Assembly: GCA_022484685.1 (NCBI GenBank) | Contig: JAKVKY010000009.1 | Location: 33,500 to 57,499 of the forward strand | DNA: 24,000 nucleotides | Direction of reading: 5' to 3' | Origin: Acidaminococcaceae bacterium | GTDB taxonomy: Bacteria; Bacillota; Negativicutes; Acidaminococcales; Acidaminococcaceae | Shown: positions 7,395 to 14,734 of the stretch, piece after piece | How positions within the stretch are numbered: the first letter of the stretch is position 1 | Layout of the letters: each line of letters begins with the position of its first letter | Translations under genes and position numbers: made by a program | Notes under the pieces: generated by a model | What the model was told of the DNA's origin: nothing | The model's input: the letters and a program-made list of their open reading frames with translations, nothing else | Databases searched by the model: none

Positions 7395-9055
7395 GATGCT
7401 TGCCTCCTTAAATTTCCTTCATTCAACTTTTTTATGTAGTTATCAACGAATGTTTTAACCTCTTCTGGCGGGAGCTGGTCGTGATCTGCATAGCACTGAC
7501 GCAGTTCAAACTTGGATTTTTGCTTCTTGGTTTTAATTCGGTGGACTTCCATGGTTACGTAAGGTTTTTCCAAAGACTCTTTATGCCGCAACACTAAAAT
7601 ATCCGTGGTCCCGGCGGCATACCGGTCAGCATACATGCTCACGCAATGGTGTAAAAGTTCTCCTTCCATAATAATTTCCTTAATGCTTTGGATAGGACGG
7701 ATAACGTAAGAGCCTTCTGTATAAACATAGGTCTTGTTCCGAGTGGGCAGGGTTTTCTCAAGCTTATTTTGCAGGTAACTTTGGCGTTTAATTTCACCGG
7801 TTACCTTTAAATTAGTTTGCCGCTGGCGCAGATTGCGCGGCCATAGGTTGGCTTTATCATGCAGATTGACGCCGGAACGTTCAGCCAGGTTAATCCAGTC
7901 AACATACAAACTGATTATGTCAGACGGGTCGCGGATTAAATCAGTCAGGCCCATCCGTGGAACATAGTGCATAATCTTTTCGTAAGTTATCCCGTAGCTG
8001 GCCGCCGCCTGCAGCATGGTCATCTGATCCCATTTATGAATATTGATGTTGGTGATAATACTATAAATTAGCTCTGAGGACAGAATGTCAGGTTTATTTT
8101 TACGGGCCGCGGCAAATTTTCCTAAAGTTTCAAAATCAAGCGGCTTTCTCTTTGAGAGAAATTTAATATCACTTTTGGTCAAGCAGCCTTGAATTGCGGT
8201 AGCGGGTTTGTTGGCACGCCAGTTAATTATTCCTAGGTCCTTCCCGTTTTCACTATAAAGTAGGCGATGGTTTATTAGAGCACCTAATCCAAGTTTGGCA
8301 ACCATCTCCAGCCAGGGCTTTTTTTGATACCAGTCCAGATACATGAGCAGTAGAGCCTTATCACCGCGATGATTTGTAAAATCCAAATCTAATTTGTTGG
8401 CAGCACAGTACTCTAGATAGGTGCATTTAATCGCTTTCAGGAAACTGGAATTCATAGTAGCTAAATGGAAGTCGTAAAAGTTAGAATTATAATTGTACCT
8501 GAATACATCGTTAATTTTTCGCTTTTCCCGTAATTCTTCTATGGTTTTATATTTGTTGCCATCCCAATGCCAATAGGTGTGCCTTTCAAATTGTTGGGGT
8601 ACATAGCCCGGGCGAAACAGGTACCAGCCAATTGTCCGGTACTTCAATCTGGAATTACCTTTTTTGCTAAAATCCCGGATAACCTCAATTCCCTGACAGG
8701 TGACGCATTTAGGGTCCAAAGGAGATTTTTGGTAATAATTAACAACGCCCTTCCAGGTGCAGTGCCTGTTTATGTCTTTAACTCTCCATGCATCTTCAAC
8801 AGTTGCGGTGTGGCCGCATTCCGGACAATCCAGATTTTTATTGTGCCTGGGGGTCTTGTTCGTGATACATAAATGAGCACCGCAGTGCGTACAGTACAAA
8901 GAGGAACGGGCTTCTTTGTTAGTCCTGATTAAATAATCTCCATGCCAATCAGTGATCATCTTGCTTACAAAATCCTGGAACTTTTTATCTTTCTTAGGAA
9001 TCTCCGGAAAGTATTTCATAAATTCTTCCCGGCTTAATCTCTCTTGTTTGCCCAT
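7391..9055 (-). CDS. PcfJ-like protein with N-terminal zinc-ribbon
   Basis: The ATG at 9055 lies 7 nt after AGGAGG (the track start at 9058 is GTG). It has CTHCGAHL...CPECGH Cys pairs. The C-terminal EGELLHHCVSMYADRYAAGTTDILVLR resembles the PcfJ domain signature. Confidence 0.7.
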   Translation of the reverse strand: MGKQERLSREEFMKYFPEIPKKDKKFQDFVSKMITDWHGDYLIRTNKEARSSLYCTHCGAHLCITNKTPRHNKNLDCPECGHTATVEDAWRVKDINRHCTWKGVVNYYQKSPLDPKCVTCQGIEVIRDFSKKGNSRLKYRTIGWYLFRPGYVPQQFERHTYWHWDGNKYKTIEELREKRKINDVFRYNYNSNFYDFHLATMNSSFLKAIKCTYLEYCAANKLDLDFTNHRGDKALLLMYLDWYQKKPWLEMVAKLGLGALINHRLLYSENGKDLGIINWRANKPATAIQGCLTKSDIKFLSKRKPLDFETLGKFAAARKNKPDILSSELIYSIITNINIHKWDQMTMLQAAASYGITYEKIMHYVPRMGLTDLIRDPSDIISLYVDWINLAERSGVNLHDKANLWPRNLRQRQTNLKVTGEIKRQSYLQNKLEKTLPTRNKTYVYTEGSYVIRPIQSIKEIIMEGELLHHCVSMYADRYAAGTTDILVLRHKESLEKPYVTMEVHRIKTKKQKSKFELRQCYADHDQLPPEEVKTFVDNYIKKLNEGNLRRQAS

Positions 9056-9066
9056 CACGGCGCCTC

Positions 9067-9510
9067 CTAAAACAAATCTGCTAAACTTAAATCTATGCCG
9101 GACTTTGCCCCGGAAGCAGGTACAGGCTGGAACGCCGCCGGTGTAGGTACAGGATTAGCGCCGCCAGACATGCGCCGGTATCCCTCCATTAAAAATTCAT
9201 TAATAGCCAGGTCCTGAATCGCTGCCGGAATTTCATAATACTCAAGCACAATTTTTAACCCGTCCGGAAGCGAAAACATGCCATAACCCTTGTGCTTTTT
9301 TTCTATGGACTGTTTTTGTGCCCTGTCACGCATTTCGTTAAATGCGCCCTGGATGGTTTTCTTGTCCATTAAAATAAAGGATGCAATTTCCGGATGCTTC
9401 TGTACTGAATCCATTAAGAATTCACCGGCCATCGTAATAAAAGGGTCCTCCAAATTTTTATTAGTTTCGTCCTGTAACTTTTTGATTACCTGATCCAGAT
9501 TGTCACTCAT
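9067..9510 (-). CDS. PcfK-like protein
   Basis: 147 aa, adjacent to the PcfJ-like gene as on pCF10-type plasmids. The pattern KKTIQGAFNEMRDRAQKQ...GLKIVLEYYEIP resembles PcfK-family proteins as I recall them. Confidence 0.5.
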   Translation of the reverse strand: MSDNLDQVIKKLQDETNKNLEDPFITMAGEFLMDSVQKHPEIASFILMDKKTIQGAFNEMRDRAQKQSIEKKHKGYGMFSLPDGLKIVLEYYEIPAAIQDLAINEFLMEGYRRMSGGANPVPTPAAFQPVPASGAKSGIDLSLADLF

Positions 9511-9841
9511 GGTTTGCTCCTTTCATTGCCTCAATAAAAATGGCTGTGTTCTCATAAATCTTGATGCCGCGCCATTCTGCAAAAGCTTCCTCAGCCTGGC
9601 AGCCAACGCTGGACATGTAAGCCCCGGTCATGATGATGGCATCGCAACGGCTGAGCAGCTCCAGGCAGTGGGCCATACCAACCCGGTACGGAGTCTCATC
9701 ATAATTGCCGCCAATGCTGGTTACTCCCGCCACAAAGGTGACCCCAGGGAATAATTGCTGCAGCTTATCTATGTTTTCATGACAAGCGTTAAAATTATCC
9801 CTGCGGCCGCCATAAGGGTGGGCGACATAGATTAATTGCAT
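9503..9841 (-). CDS. DUF4406/DUF1937-type protein (nucleoside 2-deoxyribosyltransferase-like fold)
   Basis: 112 aa. MQLIYVAHPYGG...CDAIIMTGAYMSSVGCQAEEAFAEWRGIKIYE fits the IYxAGP...cDaxxxxxgWxxSxGaxxE pattern. GGAGGAAAACGT precedes the ATG. Confidence 0.5.
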   Translation of the reverse strand: MQLIYVAHPYGGRRDNFNACHENIDKLQQLFPGVTFVAGVTSIGGNYDETPYRVGMAHCLELLSRCDAIIMTGAYMSSVGCQAEEAFAEWRGIKIYENTAIFIEAMKGANHE

Positions 9842-10101
9842 ACGTTTTCCTCCTTATATTCTTGCAAGTTGTGGACGTGGACATACCAGAGCAGAGTGCT
9901 GGCGTAAGCACTAAGTACGGTGCCAGGCTGGTTGCCAAATCCTTTGTAAACAGCTTCTGTTTCCGGGCGGCCAAGGTCCTGGCACAACACAATAAAGTTT
10001 TTGTCTGCAGGTTTGTAGCAATCAGGGTCCTGGCCGATATAAAACAAGCGCCGCCCATCCGTAAATTTTTTGCAGTCACGCACATCCATTGTTAACCGCA
10101 T
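9832..10101 (-). CDS. Hypothetical phage protein
   Basis: 89-aa ORF, ATG at 10101 after GAGGTGG. It is translationally packed with the downstream gene. Confidence 0.5.
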   Translation of the reverse strand: MRLTMDVRDCKKFTDGRRLFYIGQDPDCYKPADKNFIVLCQDLGRPETEAVYKGFGNQPGTVLSAYASTLLWYVHVHNLQEYKEENVCN

Positions 10102-10113
10102 AATTCCACCTCT

Positions 10114-10236
10114 CTACAAACTTAAAACCCAAATGGCCCAGGCCAGCAAAGATTCAATCAAGGCCAACAAGACCAAAGCAATTACAAAAGGCCAGATAAA
10201 ATCAAATAACAACCACAAAGCAGCTAAGTAACGCAT
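10114..10236 (-). CDS. Small hydrophobic protein (40 aa), below the ORF-track cutoff
   Basis: The ATG at 10236 follows AAGGGAGA. The product is MRYLAALWLLFDFIWPFVIALVLLALIESLLAWAIWVLSL. It exactly fills the gap between two packed genes. Confidence 0.35.
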   Translation of the reverse strand: MRYLAALWLLFDFIWPFVIALVLLALIESLLAWAIWVLSL

Positions 10237-10254
10237 CTAAGCCGTCTCCCTTCA

Positions 10255-10452
10255 TCAATAATGCCGGGCGTTCCCAGCTAAGCCAACTGCAGCAGGCGGA
10301 GTAATGTTCTCGGAGCGCCGCCGTTTGGCAATGATATAATCCGCCAGCATGGTGGCTATGGCCTCACAGGCCGCATCCGGAAGGCTGGTTAATTCCTTGC
10401 CATCCGGGCCCAAAAACTTAATTGATTGCTGGCGAAGATCTGTTCTTGCCAT
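10255..10452 (-). CDS. Hypothetical phage protein
   Basis: The ATG at 10452 (MARTDLRQQ...) follows GGAGGTGA. The longer track version has no RBS. Confidence 0.5.
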   Translation of the reverse strand: MARTDLRQQSIKFLGPDGKELTSLPDAACEAIATMLADYIIAKRRRSENITPPAAVGLAGNARHY

Positions 10453-11020
10453 GGCGGTCACCTCCAACGATTTTTACCTGCTCCGGCTTTAAAGGTTTTT
10501 GCTCCGGTTCTGACGGTTCCCCGGCTTCGTTAAACAATGGCGGTACAGGGTCACGTTCCACGTTCCGCTTATTCTGATAGGCGTAAAAGAAAGCTTCCGT
10601 CTTTAACGCATCCATCAGGGCCACCTCTTCTTTGGTCATGCGGTTGTCCGAGGACCTGGGATTAGTCCAGTATTTGGGAGTTGTCATGGCAAGGGCCTCG
10701 GTGCTGCCGTCAACTTCCAAACTAAACTTAATCTTGACCCCGTAGCCTTTTTTATTGGCCGGTAAAAAGATAATCTTGTCCACGTAAACCTTTTTGGTAA
10801 ATTCTTCAGGTGTCATCTGCATACCGCAAAAATGAAGAATGCAAAGGTAGGTAAATCTATTAAAGACTTTGGCAAAGTCCTGGTGCCAAAATACCTGTTT
10901 GGCAACTTCGTTGGTCTCCGGATAACTACATTCGGGCAGAACCGTATACAGGATGGTCAGGCCAATTTCATTAAAGCCAATCTTTAAGACCTCAAAGCCG
11001 GTTTCTCCAAAAAACAACAT
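10418..11020 (-). CDS. Hypothetical phage protein
   Basis: 200-aa ORF, ATG at 11020 after AGGAGG. No family recognised. Confidence 0.6.
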   Translation of the reverse strand: MLFFGETGFEVLKIGFNEIGLTILYTVLPECSYPETNEVAKQVFWHQDFAKVFNRFTYLCILHFCGMQMTPEEFTKKVYVDKIIFLPANKKGYGVKIKFSLEVDGSTEALAMTTPKYWTNPRSSDNRMTKEEVALMDALKTEAFFYAYQNKRNVERDPVPPLFNEAGEPSEPEQKPLKPEQVKIVGGDRHGKNRSSPAIN

Positions 11021-11029
11021 GGCAGCCTC

Positions 11030-11470
11030 CTAACGCGGCCACACAAGGGTGACCTCTAAATCCTCATTGGCAGCGACCAGTAAATCACGGCCGTATTTGC
11101 GCAGCCTTTTCTTGGCTGCATCCAGGTTGGTGGGAACATTATCCCCGCGCCGGTACAGCCAATCAGGATGTGGTCCTTCTGTGTGAATATAGACAGCGCT
11201 GCCGCTGCTTTTGGTAAAGACGAACAGGGTATAAAACTTTTGGTTAACCTTGCTGAAGATATGGACTTTATCCGGATACTGATTTAGGTTAGAGCACTGA
11301 CCCAGCCCCGCCGGATTAAAAGCCCTGGGCGCTCTTTGTTGTTTGCCTTTATATATGCAGCCGCCAATACGTTTACAAAGTTTGCAATCCCAGATGCGTG
11401 CAATAGCGGCCCTTTCATTGGCCGGTAGTTTTGCCGCCAGATCGGCCGTATACATATCAAGATCTAACAT
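11030..11470 (-). CDS. Hypothetical phage protein
   Basis: The ATG at 11470 (MLDLDMY...) follows AAGGAGG. 146 aa. No family recognised. Confidence 0.6.
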   Translation of the reverse strand: MLDLDMYTADLAAKLPANERAAIARIWDCKLCKRIGGCIYKGKQQRAPRAFNPAGLGQCSNLNQYPDKVHIFSKVNQKFYTLFVFTKSSGSAVYIHTEGPHPDWLYRRGDNVPTNLDAAKKRLRKYGRDLLVAANEDLEVTLVWPR

Positions 11471-11589
11471 GATGTACCTCCTTAAAAACATTTACTAAAG
11501 ATGTCATTAAATGTCATATTGATTAGTGGTATAATTTGCTTAACAAGATATTGGGCATTTATCAGAGTGATAGTAAAGGATGTGATTTT

Positions 11590-11952
11590 ATGAATAAGTT
11601 TAATCAAGAAAAGCTTGTGCTCTTAATCTCCAGCGGCAAGAATACCTATAAGGATATTAAGGATGGTATACCGGAATTACCAGAGCTGGAGCTTGAGTCA
11701 ATGGTAAATGATATTGCATCCAACCCTGGGTGTATCGTAAAAACTAATGCAGACCTACCTAATTATGGGAATGTACATTTTGCTGATGCGGATACGTTCT
11801 ACCTTACAAACAACGGGAAAGATGTTCTTTACCAGTTGCAAAAGGAAAAGGTGCTCAATAAAAAGGTAGATGATTCATACAAGCTTAACGTCATGATATT
11901 GATCGCTACAGTTATAGGCGTTATCCTTAGTTTTTTAGCACTAACAAAATGA
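11590..11952 (+). CDS. Hypothetical C-terminally membrane-anchored protein (moron)
   Basis: The ATG at 11590 follows AAAGGA. The C-terminal LNVMILIATVIGVILSFLALTK is a hydrophobic anchor. An extended -10 promoter (TGgTATAAT, ~11527-11535) lies upstream. The gene is AT-rich and on the strand opposite the early operon. Confidence 0.55.
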   Translation: MNKFNQEKLVLLISSGKNTYKDIKDGIPELPELELESMVNDIASNPGCIVKTNADLPNYGNVHFADADTFYLTNNGKDVLYQLQKEKVLNKKVDDSYKLNVMILIATVIGVILSFLALTK

Positions 11953-12157
11953 TGTTAATAGCAGTAAATATCACTATTAAAACAATGTTTATGTGGGTCA
12001 ATTTGATTATTCCCTCGGTGGTACGAAACTGTGCCAGATACCATTCCTTAAACTTTTTTAATCTGGTTAACATAATTTCCATCCTTTCTGATAAGTATTT
12101 GTGGACTTGTGATTATAATTTTTTTGTACTATATTGACGATAAAGGAAGTGCGGATA

Positions 12158-12535
12158 ATGAAGAGAGATCTTGAACTTATTAGAAAAATTTTAATTGCTG
12201 TTGAAAAGGCTGATGGTTATGTTGCATTTGACGGCACGCCGGATATTGCCGAAGCTATTGGAGAAGCTGATTTAAGTAATGTTGGGTATCAGGTTAGTTT
12301 GTTAAGTGATTGCAACTATTTAGAAGTTAGTAAGATGGCATTACTTGGATTAGATTATTACAATTACACAATCTTCCGTTTAACCTCTGCCGGGTGCGAT
12401 TACTTAGATAGTGTTAGGGATCCAGGAATATGGGCTAAAACAAAAACTAAGTTGGAAAGCGTGGGCGGTTCGGTATCCCTTGACGTTGTTAAAGATGTTG
12501 CTTGTAAACTTGTTGCGATCCAACTAGGGATTTAG
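12158..12535 (+). CDS. DUF2513-like protein
   Basis: The ATG at 12158 follows AAAGGAAG. The N-terminus MKRDLELIRKILIAVEKADG is the characteristic opening of DUF2513 proteins as I recall them. A candidate promoter is TTGTGA-17-TATATT (~12104-12132). Confidence 0.6.
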   Translation: MKRDLELIRKILIAVEKADGYVAFDGTPDIAEAIGEADLSNVGYQVSLLSDCNYLEVSKMALLGLDYYNYTIFRLTSAGCDYLDSVRDPGIWAKTKTKLESVGGSVSLDVVKDVACKLVAIQLGI

Positions 12536-12734
12536 CCTCGGCCAATATAACGTCGTTAAAGGCTTTGTTTAAGTTTTCATAGGCCTCAATCAGGTAATCA
12601 TCGGTGGAATACAAGTTTTCAAGTTCAATGGACATATTTTCTTTGTGGTTGAGAATAATCCTTAGCCGGTTAATTGATAAATTGCTATTCATATCTTTTT
12701 TGTTCGTGCTTATACTTTTTTCATGACTATCCAT
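12489..12734 (-). CDS. Hypothetical early protein
   Basis: 81-aa ORF. Its 3' end overlaps the convergent DUF2513-like gene by 47 nt, so one of the two ends may be mis-set. Confidence 0.4.
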   Translation of the reverse strand: MDSHEKSISTNKKDMNSNLSINRLRIILNHKENMSIELENLYSTDDYLIEAYENLNKAFNDVILAEAKSLVGSQQVYKQHL

Positions 12735-13063
12735 TATGTTTGTGTATCCTTTCTGTTAGCAGTTTCTTGAAAATTCAAATTAACGAATTGTGATTCTGTT
12801 TTTAAAATCATTTTTGCAAGTTCCAGGGCTGCATATGCTTCAGCATAAGTTAGCCTTGGTTCTTTTTTTAGTAAATCTATGATAGAAAAAGTTAGGACAT
12901 CTTTTACAACCAGAGGCTGTTGATTCTTGTTACTAGGTGTATTTTCAAGGCGGTCCAAGTGGTTAAGATACTTTTGTAAGTTCAGCAGATGTTCTGCCTT
13001 GGGGTTATTTTTTGCATCTGTCAGTGTAATATTCATTACTGTTGCTTTTGTGATTTCGTCCAT
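12734..13063 (-). CDS. Hypothetical early protein
   Basis: 109-aa ORF whose ATG is preceded by the repeated leader carrying a GAAAGGAAT RBS. Confidence 0.5.
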   Translation of the reverse strand: MDEITKATVMNITLTDAKNNPKAEHLLNLQKYLNHLDRLENTPSNKNQQPLVVKDVLTFSIIDLLKKEPRLTYAEAYAALELAKMILKTESQFVNLNFQETANRKDTQT

Positions 13064-13103
13064 GTTCGTATTCCTTTCTGTCGCTGACCAGTTTGCTGGA
13101 AGC
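13061..13103 (-). repeat. Copy A of a 43-nt repeated 5' leader (includes RBS and start codon)
   Basis: The plus-strand sequence catgttcgtattcctttctgtcgctgaccagtttgctggaagc matches 13373-13415 at 39 of 43 positions. Confidence 0.8.
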
Positions 13104-13126
13104 GAAAGTTCCTTTAATGCTGCCGG

Positions 13127-13375
13127 TTACTTTAGAACTGTTAAAAGATATTTGTTCAAAATTTCTTCTTGAGCTTCTTTAATTTCCCGGGCAGAGCCAT
13201 CAGAGTCCCAAAATTCTATTGGTTCAAGTCTTTTATAGTGGTCAACACGTTTTTTAATTATTTTCAGTACTGCGTCTATTTCAGAGGCGCAGTACTGCTT
13301 TTTTTCAAATAGCATTAAAATGAGGCCGGCCATTATTGAAATTCTTAAGTGTGGCGAATTTATTTTTCTGTTCAT
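13127..13375 (-). CDS. Hypothetical early protein
   Basis: 82-aa ORF whose ATG is preceded by the second copy of the repeated leader/RBS. Confidence 0.5.
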   Translation of the reverse strand: MNRKINSPHLRISIMAGLILMLFEKKQYCASEIDAVLKIIKKRVDHYKRLEPIEFWDSDGSAREIKEAQEEILNKYLLTVLK

Positions 13376-13415
13376 GTTCGTATTCCTTTCTGCCGTTGAC
13401 CCGTTTGCTGGGAGC
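13373..13415 (-). repeat. Copy B of the 43-nt repeated 5' leader
   Basis: The plus-strand sequence is catgttcgtattcctttctgccgttgacccgtttgctgggagc. See copy A. Confidence 0.8.
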
Positions 13416-13442
13416 TGCGGTGTTTATAATTGACCACGAATA

Positions 13443-13457
13443 ATTGCGCTACGCAAT
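13443..13457. promoter_or_regulatory. Distal operator-like palindrome ATTGC-N5-GCAAT
   Basis: attgcgctacgcaat has the same half-sites as the three sites in the switch region. It overlaps the stop codon of the Cro-like gene. Confidence 0.45.
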
Positions 13458-13667
13458 TTTAGAGGCAAAAAAATATTGATAATATTCGTCTGTAGTAAGA
13501 TGTAAAAGGTTAGCTAATGCATTTGCTTCATCCAAGTATATTGGTCTCTTACCATTAATCTTTAAACTTACAGTAGGAACGGCACAATCCCAGACTTTGG
13601 ACGATGCAATATCTTTATATGTTACACCGTTTTCCCTCATCTTGCCTTTAATTTTTGCAGTATTCAT
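13449..13667 (-). CDS. Cro-like HTH regulator (XRE-type)
   Basis: 72 aa, divergent from the repressor gene. VTYKDIASSKVWDCAVPTVSLKINGKRPIYLDEANALANLL looks like an XRE-type HTH. It is the first gene of the leftward operon. Confidence 0.6.
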   Translation of the reverse strand: MNTAKIKGKMRENGVTYKDIASSKVWDCAVPTVSLKINGKRPIYLDEANALANLLHLTTDEYYQYFFASKIA

Positions 13668-13682
13668 GTTTACTCCTTTCTA

Positions 13683-13792
13683 ATTGCACTGTGCAATCCT
13701 AATATCTAAAGAATAGCACGGTAAAATATTAATGTCAATAGCACAGTGCAATTATTTTTAGTTATAAGTAAAATATTGTTGCGTTGTGCAAA
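13683..13792. promoter_or_regulatory. Genetic-switch region: three ATTGC-N5-GCAAT-type operators interleaved with divergent promoters
   Basis: Operators: attgcactgtgcaat (13683-13697), atagcacagtgcaat (13738-13752) and gttgcgttgtgcaaa (13778-13792). Leftward promoter: -35 TTGACA (complement of 13733-13738), 17-nt spacer, -10 TATTCT (complement of 13710-13715). Rightward promoter: -35 TTGCGT (13779-13784), 17-nt spacer, TGa-TATACT (-10 at 13802-13807). Confidence 0.65.
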
Positions 13793-13833
13793 GTATTGTG
13801 ATATACTCTAACCAAGTTATAAGGAGCAAAGAA

Positions 13834-14262
13834 ATGAATATTAATAATAAAGAGATTGGAAAAAGGATATCAAATATAAGAGAAGCTGCTGGTTTAAATA
13901 AAAAAGAACTGGCAGAATTGGTTCATGTAGCAGCTTCCACAATTTCAAGATATGAAGATGGCAGTATTGCAAAGATTAAAATTCCTGTAATAAGTGCGAT
14001 TGCGAATGTTCTTGAAATAAATCCTATGTGGATTATTGGTAAATCAGAGATTAAAGACATCAATAACGGTTGTATCAAGGAAAGTGGAGATTTAATAATT
14101 GATGGAAATAGAAGTAAGCCGTTTCAAAAATTATCGAGTGAGGAACGTAGCATTATAAATAAATACCGCGCCTTGGATGAGCGCGGCAAGTTTAATGTAC
14201 GAGAAACCATTGATCGCGAATATGCTTTTGTGAGGCCAGATAGCAAAGGGCAAGAAGCTTAA
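13834..14262 (+). CDS. cI-like repressor, XRE-family HTH, no S24 peptidase domain
   Basis: The ATG at 13834 follows TAAGGAG. MNINNKEIGKRISNIREAAGLNKKELAELVHVAASTISRYEDGS is a classic XRE HTH. The C-terminal half lacks an obvious LexA-type Ser/Lys domain. Confidence 0.8.
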   Translation: MNINNKEIGKRISNIREAAGLNKKELAELVHVAASTISRYEDGSIAKIKIPVISAIANVLEINPMWIIGKSEIKDINNGCIKESGDLIIDGNRSKPFQKLSSEERSIINKYRALDERGKFNVRETIDREYAFVRPDSKGQEA

Positions 14263-14340
14263 AGCAGCGCCTGGCCTGCGCCGGGATTAAGATAGTGAAG
14301 TAAATGACGGTAGGCTGAGTATCGTACAAAGGATAAAGAT

Positions 14341-14703
14341 ATGATTAGTGAAATCGGAGTGTTTTCCCAAACTGTTATTACAACATTGGGCCTGACTATT
14401 GCACCTGGTACTCCTATTTATCTTGGTCAGAGCAACATAATTCATATGAAAAGTAAACATTTAGAAGATTATTTGAAATATGAAGCCTATATCACAGATA
14501 TACTATCTAACCCGGATTATGTGGCCATAAATAGAAAAGACAGCTCAATTGAATATGTTAAATTATTTTTGACTAACAGTGAATATGTTAAGGTAGCAGT
14601 CAGGGTATCTACTAACGGGATTTATTATGCACGTTCATTATACGTTCTTAATGCAAAGAGAGTGCAGAACTTTATAACAGCTGGTACTCTTAAGCCAGTT
14701 TGA
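14341..14703 (+). CDS. Small conserved phage protein, possibly barnase/EndoU/RelE-fold (PBECR-like) nuclease
   Basis: 120 aa, AAAGGA RBS. The block PIYLGQSNIIHMKSKHLEDYLKYEAYITDILSNPDYV...SIEYVKLF...VKVAVRVSTNGIYYARSLYVL resembles PBECR-type proteins as I remember them. The functional call is weak. Confidence 0.45.
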   Translation: MISEIGVFSQTVITTLGLTIAPGTPIYLGQSNIIHMKSKHLEDYLKYEAYITDILSNPDYVAINRKDSSIEYVKLFLTNSEYVKVAVRVSTNGIYYARSLYVLNAKRVQNFITAGTLKPV

Positions 14704-14728
14704 CAAAACTTTATAAATACTTTATACT
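14700..14728 (+). promoter_or_regulatory. Near-consensus sigma-A-type promoter
   Basis: -35 TTGACA (14700-14705, overlapping the TGA stop of the preceding ORF), exact 17-nt spacer, -10 TATACT (14723-14728). Confidence 0.65.
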
Positions 14729-14734
14729 GTAAGT

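Noticed and set aside
6541-7458. Plus-strand ORFs 6541-7002 and 7249-7458
   Set aside because: They lie antisense to the DUF3102-like gene. Their Ser/Ala/Leu-rich low-complexity products mirror the Lys/Glu/Ala coiled-coil coding strand.
9795-10095. ORFs 9795-10085(-) and 9862-10095(+)
   Set aside because: These are alternative frame and strand readings of the 9832-10101 gene, which alone has an RBS (GAGGTGG) and operon-consistent packing.
11949-12137. 62-aa hydrophobic ORF between the two plus-strand moron genes
   Set aside because: It has no RBS and is in very AT-rich DNA. The region contains the candidate promoter and RBS of the DUF2513-like gene. It is likely non-coding.
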